A stretch of DNA of 64,000 nt, taken from contig OX597815.1 of the NCBI GenBank assembly GCA_951406725.2, positions 74,090,001 through 74,154,000 on the forward strand, written 5' to 3'. The notes beneath the pieces were generated by a model that saw only the letters and a program-made list of their open reading frames with translations, was not told the DNA's origin and did not search any database. Source of the DNA: Octopus vulgaris. Its lineage: Eukaryota. This document shows, in pieces, positions 54,279-64,000 of the stretch. Positions within the stretch are counted from its first letter, which is position 1. Every line of letters starts with the position of its first letter. The position numbers and the translations under genes were made by a program.

Positions 54279-55543
54279 TCAGGTCATTAAGAATGAAATG
54301 TCTGATTTTGAGCTGAAAGTTTATTTTACTTTATCTCAAAAAGCAATGCAGTTAATCAAAGTATGCACCTAAATTATCAACACAGTTTTGCCATTTTATT
54401 GGTAGCTTATTTATGCCAGCAGCGAAAAATTCTGGAGAGCAAGAGGTGATGAAATCACGAAAGCTGTTTTTGCATCTTCTTCAGATTTGAAATTTTTCCT
54501 TGCAAAATGTTGTCTGAAAAGCATGATAGTCAATTGGTACAAGATCTGGTGAATATGGTGGATGACAGTACTTCGAAGTTCAGTTCCTGTAACTTGAATA
54601 ACCTTTTTTGTGCAACATGTGGTCAAGCATTGTCTTGCAAGGAAATTGGCCTGTCTCTGTTGACCAATCTCGGTTGTTTAATTGCAAGTTCATTCATCAT
54701 TTCATCCAATTGGTTGATGTATACATCTGCTGTAACTAACTTACCGGGTTTCATGAAGCTGTAGTAGATAGCACCAGCACTGAACCGCCAAAGAGACACC
54801 ATTAGCTTTTTTTGGTGAATATTCTTATTTGGATTGTGGTTTGGCACTTCGTCTCTACCCAACTACCATGCAGAATGCTTGCTATTGTTGAAAAGAATCC
54901 ATTTTTCATTACTTGTAACAATACAATGCAAAAATGGTTTGCTTTTATGTTGTGACAGCAAAGAACAACAAGTTTCAAGATGATGTGTCATTTGATGCTC
55001 ATTCAGTTCGTGTGGTACCCACTTGTCCAGCTTCTTTACCTTGCTAATTTGTTTCAGATGGACCAATACAGTTGGAATTGAAACCTCAAACCTTGCTGCT
55101 AACTCACGCATAATTTGAGATATATTCAATTCTACTACAGTTTCCAGGACACCATTATCCACCTTGATTTCAAGTCTACCATGGGGCTGATTTTCAAGAG
55201 TAAAGTCACCAGACCGGAAATTCTCAAACCATTGATGTACAGTGCACTCATTCACCACATCTTCACCAAACACCTCATTGATGTTTTGAGCTGTCTGAGA
55301 TGCATTGGTTCCATGACAGAACTCATTCATAAACAACACAAATTTTTGATCTATCCATGGGTTCATGAAAATTGATTTACAAGAGAAAGCTCACAATGTA
55401 ATCAGATACTATGAATTGCATTTCAAAAAGTGATGTAATTCTTCAATATTGTAAAACAAAGAATTGTCAGGATAAAACATTAGAGTTAACAACTGTCAAA
55501 TTTAGTGTATTAGAAATCGGACTTTTCATTCTTAATGACCTGA
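54279..55543 (-). mobile_element. Full-length decayed mariner transposon
   Basis: TA-flanked TIRs TCAGGTCATTAAGAATGAAA / TTTCATTCTTAATGACCTGA. Transposase pieces WVPHELN, IVTSNEKW (catalytic D lost) and LQDNA*, with stops and frameshifts. Confidence 0.92.
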
Positions 55544-58332
55544 TATATTCTTATAGTCTTTTTACTAATTTAACCCATTGAATTCCTGCTCTGCTGGGAC
55601 GCCACCTTGAAGGATTGAGTCAAATCGAACTCCCAGTACTTATTTTTTAAAGTCTGCTACATATTAAATTAGTTTATTTTTGCCAAACTGCTAGGTTATG
55701 AGGATGTAAATAAACCAAGGGTTCTCAGGTGTTGAGAGCCATATACATGTAGATATGAATTCATGCATATACATTCATGAGAGGTTTTATGTAATTTCTG
55801 TCTACAGTATTCACTTACATGTCATTGTTTGGCCCCAGGGTGTATAGTAGAAGACATTTGCCAAGGTGTTGCATTATGGGATTAAACCTGAAACCATGTA
55901 GTTGCAAAACAGCTGTCTTGATCAAAAGACCATGCCTGATTAGCTGGAAAAAAAAATCAGGATGGTCATGGATTGAATGCCCTTTATCCTAGATCTACAT
56001 GATCAGGATTGACCGGGGGCTAAACAATAAAAACAATATGGGCTATGAGTGTGCTCCTACAATCTCATAGGGTCTGTTATAAATAGCAGCCAAATATCCT
56101 TCAAATACCATTCTAACATAAGAAAGTGTATATAGTCTTAGACATACTTGTATCTGCGTGTGTGTATATTTCTGTGTCGGCATAGCTCTGTGGTAACCAG
56201 TTTGCTTCTCAACCCCATGGCTCTGGGTTCAATCCCACTGTGTGGCTCCTTGAGCAAGTGTGGATTTGCTAGACTGAAACTGAAAGTCTGTCATATATAT
56301 ATATATATATATATATATAATTCATGTCTTTGTGTTTGTCCAGTACCACCATCACCACCACCACCACTTGACAATTGTTGTTTGTGTGTTTATGTCCCTG
56401 TAGCTTAATTATTTGACAAAAGAGTATAATAGAATAAACACAAGGTTTGACAAAAAGTACTAGGGTCAATTCGTTTGCCTAAATTCTTCAAGTTGGTACC
56501 CCAACAAGGCTACAGTCTAATGACTGAAACAAGTAAAAGATTATATAATAGGTAGATGTATATAATCATCAGTGTGTACATGCATGTGTATATATATATA
56601 CTCGTGTGTTTATATACCTACATATGTGTGGATAGATATTAAAATCCTCATGATGTGTATATGCACATATGTATGTATGTTTATGTATACGCATGTATGT
56701 ATATACACTACTCAGTTCTACATACAAGATGGTCATTCCTTGATCATAAGTTTATTCAATCAAGACTAGAGATTGAATGTAAGATCTATGGAGATTGAAG
56801 CAAAATGAGTAAAGGTGCATTGAGTGTGTTAGATTAACTTGTATGAAAGACAAGAGCATAATTGAAATAAGGGTGACTGGGTAATATGGGGTTTGGCTGA
56901 GGAATGTAAGGGCGGGGGATGTTTTATGAAAAAGTGGTGGGTACTGATAGGAGGAAGTCATACTGGAAGAAGTGAGAGAAAAATAAAAACTATATGAGAT
57001 GTGGTGAGGTTAGATTTCAGGATTCTGTACCTAACAGATGAAATAACATAAGTTACTGATGAGTTGTGAAATGTTGTGTGGCATATATTAATGGAATAAC
57101 ACATTTTAACAGCTATGTATATGTGTGTGTGTGTGTGTGTATATGCATTTTTTTAGTGGCTACATATAAATATATATATATATAATCATTGATGTATGTA
57201 CATGTGTGTGTGTGCACATGTATGTTCTTATATTTGAATGCATGTTTGTGTATATAAATACATTCATGTATGTATATATATACACACACACATTATGTAT
57301 ATACATGGATGTATATAATATGCATATGTTCATATGTGTGTGTATATAAAAGTATATATATATAGAGAGAGAGAGTAAGAAAGAAAGAGAGATAGGTATA
57401 TATGCAGATGTTTAAATGTCTGTATGCACATTTCTCTCTCTTCCCCATCTCTTTATATTAATATGCGTGTATATACATACTTGTATGTTTATATTCAATT
57501 TGGTCATATTTCTGCTTCGTTATGTATTCATAATGTATGCATTTTTGAGATATATTTAAATAAAATTCTCATCTCAGAATTCAAGCTGGTCATTAAGTAA
57601 AAACAAAGTCATGACTGTCAGATGGATTTGTGACTATGTATGTGAATTGATGCTTGAATATATGTTGGTGTATGTTTGCATACGTATGGATAAGAGTGTT
57701 TATTTCATTGACATATGTGTGTGTGTGTATGTGTGTGTACTTAAGGATATGAGTGTGTGCTTCTATTTTATGTATGTGTATGTATGCATGTGATAGTGTA
57801 TATCTCTTCATTCCAGGAAGCTCATCATTTCATTATCATGATCATTGGTTAATGTTTTCTATTTATTTTCCATACTGGCATAGTTGGACAGTTTGGCAGG
57901 AGCTGACGAGCTAGAAGACTGTGCCAAGCTCTAACATCTGATTTGGCATGGTTTCAATGACTGGATGCTCTTCCTAATGCCAACCATTTTACAAAGTGTA
58001 CTGGGGTTTTTTTATTTGGCAACAGCACCAGTGAGATTACCAGGTAACTTGCAAAACAAGACCCCCTCAAATAAGGGATTGTAGTATTGAGGGAAGTGAC
58101 TTTAAAGCTGAAATGAAGAATCTCACTGTGTCATGAACAAGAAAGAGTGGAAGAAAGTGCAAGTTTCTTAAAGCAGCTTTTCTACAGTTGGATGCTCTTC
58201 CTGTCACCAACCCTTACCTGTTTACAAGCAAAGTAGTATTTTCCCATAGCCAGACATGTTTTTATGGAAGCTTGGAAATGAATGCTTGTGTGACAGTGAT
58301 GCTCATTTACACACAATGTCAAAACAAGGAGT

Positions 58333-58375
<43 letters not shown>

Positions 58376-58525
58376 CCTGTGACCTTCAGTTTGGTTCACT
58401 GCATGACCACAGGTAGCTTTGTGTGTGGCCTGTTTTTACATGCATTATTCATGCTGCACTTGTTTGTGGCAATACCAAAATTTTGTGTGACCTTATGCTT
58501 ATTTAGCTTAAAGTTACTGTTAACT

Positions 58526-58670
58526 ATGGCTAATGCAGGTAAGAGAACCAATAGTGTCAATGTTAAATATAAACGCCAATCCTTATTGATTCAAGATAAA
58601 GTAGAACTGTTGAAAAAAAAATTGGACTTTAGTATTTCGGTACGTAAGCTGTGTGATAGTTATGACACAT
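58526..58670 (+). pseudogene. Tigger/pogo-like transposase N-terminal (CENP-B/psq HTH) fragment
   Basis: MANAGKRTNSVNVKYKRQSLLIQDKVELLKKKLDFSISVRKLCDSY resembles the KRK.LSI.QKVELLKKLD.GVSVR.L..EY start of Tigger/jerky proteins; truncated. Confidence 0.6.
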
Positions 58671-59089
58671 TGGAAGTATATAATTAGTAGGTGAGAGATT
58701 GTCGATGAATTATTACATGATCACAGATGGTCCTAACCAACAAAACAGTTAATCCATCCAGGCTTTGGAACCAAAGATGCCATAAAATCAGTAGTATACT
58801 TGTAGTATTGCAAGATCTCAGAGTATATTGTTATTCTCATCTCATTGAAGATGGTGGAATCAGTGAAATCATTAGAATGTTGAACTAAAATGTCCTTGTT
58901 TAATCTTGTTTTGTCTATGTAGTGGGATAAAATCCCATTGAGGTTAATTTTTGTCCTTTGAAGGTTGTAAAATTCTTACCATTTATATCTGAGAATATTC
59001 AGTTAATTTTTAGTATAATCCTCTCCTATTCAAATTTGTGACCTTGTGCCAATAGGGATGTGAGGGTGGGTGGGGGAACATTTTTGTAT

Positions 59090-62000
59090 TATTATTGTCT
59101 GCAGACTACCTTGTCAACAAATGACAGGGATCTTCTCTTTGTGGCTGGTGACTTCAACGGATATGTTGCACAACATCCAGGGAGCTTCCATGGTGTACAT
59201 GGCGGCTACGGATTTGGTTCCTATAATGGGGAGGGAACCAGGCTGCTGGAGTTTTGTGATGCAAATGATCTTATGATCTGTAATACTAACTTCAGGAAAC
59301 CTGCCAGTCACCTGTTCACCTACCAGTCTGATGGATATACTAGTCAGATTGACTATGTTTTCGCCAGGACATGGGAAAGATAACTATTTATAAATGCCAA
59401 AACTTCCCCAGGTGAAGAATGTACCCCACAACATAGATTAGTAGTTAGCAACTTCAGGATCTGGGCTAAATGGCTGCCCAGAAGACGACCAATATAGAAA
59501 AGAAGGGTCTGGAAGCTTAAGGATCCTGTGAATGGACAGAGATTTAGAGACCTATTACTTGAAGATATAGCATCACATAATGTGGAGGACAGCTGGAGGT
59601 TCCTACAGGACAACCTGTTGAGGGCTACTGACCAGATCAGTGGCTGGTGCAAAGTTGCCTCTAGACCTAAGGTATTGTGGCAATGTAGTTGACAAGGCCA
59701 TTAGGGAAAAGAAATGGGTATGGAAGGACTGGAGGTGCAGTGGTAGCAGGGAACGGTATCAGATCTCCAGAAGGGAAGCTATGAGACAGGTTTACTTAGC
59801 TGGAGGGGAAGCAGATAAGAACAAATTTGCCAATGTTCTGCATCATGAGGACCAGAGACTTGAAGTGTTTTGTATTGCAAGACAGTGTGTGAGAGAGAAT
59901 TTTGATGTCATAGGAGAGAAATGTGTCCACATGGATGATGACTCACTTGCATTTAATGATGTTGCAAAGAGAGAGACCTGGATATGCCACTATGAAAGGT
60001 TGCTAAATGAAGAGAATGAATGGGAGAAAGAGAGTCTGCCAAAAGTCAACCCAACAGAGGGACCAGATATTCAAATTGACAGTACCTTAGTAGATAAAGC
60101 AATTAAAGGTACAAAGACAGGGAAAGCCCCCAGCCCATCAGGAATCACTGCAGGGATGTTTAAAATATCTGGTGGTGTCGGCTATAGTCTAGTTACCTGT
60201 ATAGTCAACCAGGTGATACACGAAGGAGTCATACCTAATGACTGGTGTAACAGCACCAGCACCATAATCAATTGCTACAAAGGTAAAGGTGATGCATTAG
60301 TTAGGAATAACAACAGAGGTATCAAATTGTTGGACCAGGTGATGAAAGTCATGGAGAGGATCATAGCCCAATTAATTAGGGAGAGAGTTAGATAAGATGA
60401 GATGCAGTTTGGGTTTGTGCCAGGGAGAAGCACCACTGATGCTATATTTCTGGTAAGACAGCTGCAGGAGAAATTCCTATCCAAAGATAAACCTCAGTAC
60501 TTGGCTTTCGTTGACATGGAGAAAGCCTTAGACAGGGTCCTCTGATCCCTTATCTGGTGGTCACTGCATAAACTAGGGACAGATGAGTGGTTGGTGAGAG
60601 CTGTACAAGCCATATACAGGGATGCTGTCAGTAAGGTGAGGGTTGGCAATGAGTATAGTGAAGAATTCTTGGTAGAAGTAGGTGTTTACCAAGGATCAGT
60701 CCTCAACCCCCTCTTATTCATCATAGTCCCCTAGGCAATAACTGAGCAATTTAAGACATGCTTCCCCTGGAAGCTCCTCTATGCTGATGACCTTGCTCTA
60801 ATAGCTGAGTCACTATCAGAACTGGAGAAGTTGCAGGTGTGGAAGCAAGGTCTAGAATCAATCTAGCAAAGACCAAAGTCTTAGTGAGTAGGAAGGCAGA
60901 CAAATCATAAATCCCTTTAGGTAGATGGCTCTGCTTGATCTATAGAAAAGGTGTAGGTAGAAACTCCATGAGATATATATGATGTAAGATATGGATACAT
61001 AAGAGGTGCAGTAATGTCAAAGGAAGGTTAACTAGGAAGATAGTTTTTGTGTATGGCAGATGCACAGGGGCAATAAACACTGAAGATGTATAGAAAACAG
61101 ATTCCATCACATACCAGGGATGAAAAAATACTAGTTGATAGTGTCTGTTACCTAGGTGACCAAGTCAGTAGTGGGGGTGGATGCTCTGAGATTATAGCTG
61201 CTAGAATAAGAATAGCCTGAGCAAAATTCAGAGAGCTCTTACCTCTGTTAGTAACAAAAGGCCTCTTGCTCAGAGTGAAAGGTTGACTGTATGATGCATA
61301 TGTATGAACAGCAATGCTACATGGCAGTGAAACATGGGCTGTGACTGCTTAGGACATGTGTAGGCTTGAAAGAAATGAAGCTAGTATGCTCTGCTGGATG
61401 TGTAATGTCAGTGTGCATGCACAACAGAATGTAAGCACCCTGAGAGAGAAGTTGGACTTAAGAAGCATTAGATGTGGCATGCAAGAATGATGACTGTGCT
61501 GGTATAGTCATGTTTTGTGTATGGATGAGGACGGCTGAGCGAAGAAGTGTCACACCTTAACAATGGAGGGAACCTGTGGAAGATGTAGACCCAGGCAAAC
61601 CTGGGATGAGGTGGTGAAGCATGACCTTTGAATGTTGGGCCTCACAGAGGCAATGACAAGTGACTGAGATCTTTGGAGATAGGCTGTGCCAAATGAGATT
61701 GTAGCCATGGCTGATACCAGTGTTGCATAACTGGCCTATTTAAAAGTACCGTTCAATCATTGGGTAATATGCTGTGCTTGAGAAGACCTGTTAAGTGAAA
61801 TCATTGTTGTGGCCGATGCCAATGCCATCTGACTGGCACCCATGCCAATGGCATATAAAAAGCACTATTTGAGCGTGGCCGATGCCAGTACTGGTGACAC
61901 ATGAAAAACAACATTTAAGTGTGGCCGATGCCAGTTTCACTGGCACATAAAAAGCACCATTTTAATATGGTCGATGCCCGTGCTGGCGGCATGTAAAAAG

Positions 62001-62229
62001 CACCATTCAAGCATGATTGATGCCTGTGCTGCCTGACTGGTCATGTGCGGTGGCACATAAAAAGCATCCACTACGCTCTTGGAATGGTTGGTGTCAGGAA
62101 GGGCATCCAGCTGTAGAAACCTTGCCAAAATGGGTTGGAGCTTGGTGCAGCCTTCTGGCTCACCAGCCCTCAGTCAAGCCATCCAACCCATGCCAGCATG
62201 GAAAGCGGATATTAAACGATGATGATGAT
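59090..62229 (+). mobile_element. Long RTE-clade LINE (APE C-terminus, RT and 3' UTR), decayed
   Basis: APE motifs VAGDFNG and SQIDYV; RT motifs GKAPSPSGI, RGIKLL, QFGFVPG, YADD (60780-60791). Many stops. The 3' UTR has ~50-bp tandem units and a (GAT)n tail. Confidence 0.95.
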
Positions 62230-63038
62230 TGTTTTTATTAGAATATGTATATATGTGTGTCTGCGTGTGTGTGTGTATATATATATATATATATGAGGTG
62301 AAAATAAAGGAGAATAGGAAAAAAAATTGACTAGCCAAGTGGGAATTTAATGAACATCTGCTTAATGGGCAGAGACTTGATTTAATTCCTAACCTTATAA
62401 GTGAGTGTGCAAACACACCCACACACCCGCATGCATACACATATAGACAGTCAAAAGTTACAAATTGACATTAACCAGGGCATGTCTATTCCCAGTTGGA
62501 TTTCTCTCCATTTATTGGTTTTGCTATTTATGCGCATGGTTTTTTGGCTGTCTGGTTATGAAGCTTGCTTTGTAAGCACATTGTTTTGGGTTCAGCACTT
62601 TGGTCAAGTGTCTTCTCATGTGGCACCTTGGTCAAGTGTTTACTAATGTAGTCCCGTGCCAACGAAAGCCTTGTGAGTAGATTTGGTAGACCGAAATTGT
62701 GTGTTTATGTATATATATATATGTGTGTGTGTATGTATTTGTGTACGCTAAATGATGAAATGAATGATGATATAATCTCCTCACATGACTGACCAAACTA
62801 TCAGATGTTGTTACACATCGCTGGCCACAAAGTGCTTTGCATAATTTTAGCCTTTGAATGACCCCACCCCATGGCTAAGTGAGAAGGCCAATATCTCCCC
62901 ATGATTGAAAGAGGGACTGGAGCGACATGAAATGATGTGCTTTGCTCAAGAACACGTGTTGTCTGGGAATTGAACCCTTGATCTAGCAATTGTGTATGCA
63001 ATAGCCTAATCACTAGGCTGCCTTCAAATATGTATGTA

Positions 63039-64000
63039 TTGGGTCATCCCATAAATAATGCGTCTATTTTATACTTCTTTTATTTGTCAAAGTTAAGATA
63101 AACAAAGTTCTTTTTAAATCTACAATGCTCTTCCATCTATCTGGTAGACTTGCAAGGTCCCTCTTCCAAAATTCACTTCTCCGTGATGAAAAATATTCCT
63201 CCTGTACTGTTCTGACCTCGTCTACAGAATTCATATTTTTTCCATCCAAATGATTTTGAAGACTATGGAATAAGTGATAATCAGATGGGGCAATGTCTGG
63301 TGAATATGGTGGGTGGGGCATTGCTTTCCATTCAAACTGCTGTATATGGCTGAGCATTATCCTGATGGAAGAAAACCTTTTGTCTTGAAACCAAAGATAG
63401 TCATTTTTTTCCTAGCGCTGACTTAAGCTGCTTGCATTAGACCTCTTTTGTTATTGTTTGGTTTGGGTTTAAAAGTTCAAAGTGGACTAAACCTTTCATA
63501 TTCCACCAAACAGATAACACCTTACATGGGTGAAGACCTTTAGCCTGGGATGCTGGAGTTTCTCCTTTCCCTACCCAGTCTTTGGTGCTTGACATTTTTA
63601 TAGAGAACCCATTTCTCGTCACTAGTCACTATTTGGTCCAAAAATGGTTTATTCATGAGAAATGACAGCAAAGAAGAGCACACATTCACTCTCTGCATGC
63701 AATTAGACTTGGAAAGTTTGTGAGGAACCCAATTTGCTAACTTTTCCAATGGTATGCAGGTGTTGCTGAATGGATGAATGACAAAATCCAGGCTTCTCTG
63801 CTAGTTCCTGGACAGTTACGATGGGATTTTGTTCCACTAGGGTTTGCAGGACATCCTCATTGAGCTCTACAGATCGTCTAGGACAAGGCTCATCTTCTAG
63901 GTTATAGTTTCTGGCTTGGAATTTCTGGAGCCACCGTTGACACTAGCTTATGCTTATTGTCCGATCCCCATATACTGCATTAATATTCCTTGCACTTTCC
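63039..64000 (-). mobile_element. Mariner transposon (runs off the window end), same family as 15295-16561
   Basis: TA|TTGGGTCATCCCATAAATAATG TIR. Peptides WVPHKL, IVTSDEKW and PHPPYSPDIAPSDYHLF in separate frames. Confidence 0.92.

Noticed and set aside
57053-57085. CTGATGA-GTTGT-GAAA motif (similar at 6144 and 26220)
   Set aside because: No supporting stems; expected by chance in AT-rich DNA.

Overview
AT-rich, repeat-dense eukaryotic genomic DNA. The mix of tRNA-headed and Nin-domain SINEs, RTE LINEs with (GAT)n tails, mariners and (TA)/(CA) microsatellite fields strongly suggests an octopus (coleoid cephalopod) genome; this is inference, not a database result. No intact host protein-coding exon can be supported. 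Nearly all long ORFs in the track are microsatellite translations or decayed transposon ORFs. The window holds four mariner elements plus a mariner MITE, one long and several short RTE LINE pieces, an R4/Dong-type LINE interrupted by a SINE with a 15-bp TSD, non-autonomous Helitrons, a Tigger fragment, hAT-like MITEs and minisatellites. Two or three repeat-free, CpG-retaining islands look like promoters or first exons: a minus-strand one near 4.8 kb, a plus-strand CRE/CCAAT/TATA one near 34.4 kb, and a possible one at 45.8-48.1 kb. The most notable signal is at least eight type I hammerhead-ribozyme motifs, intact to decayed, from several distinct Penelope-like/retrozyme-like short elements. 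Several lie in or beside inverted repeats: a 78-bp-arm palindrome carries a hammerhead on each strand, and a ~1.2-kb-arm inverted duplication sits next to another hammerhead element.
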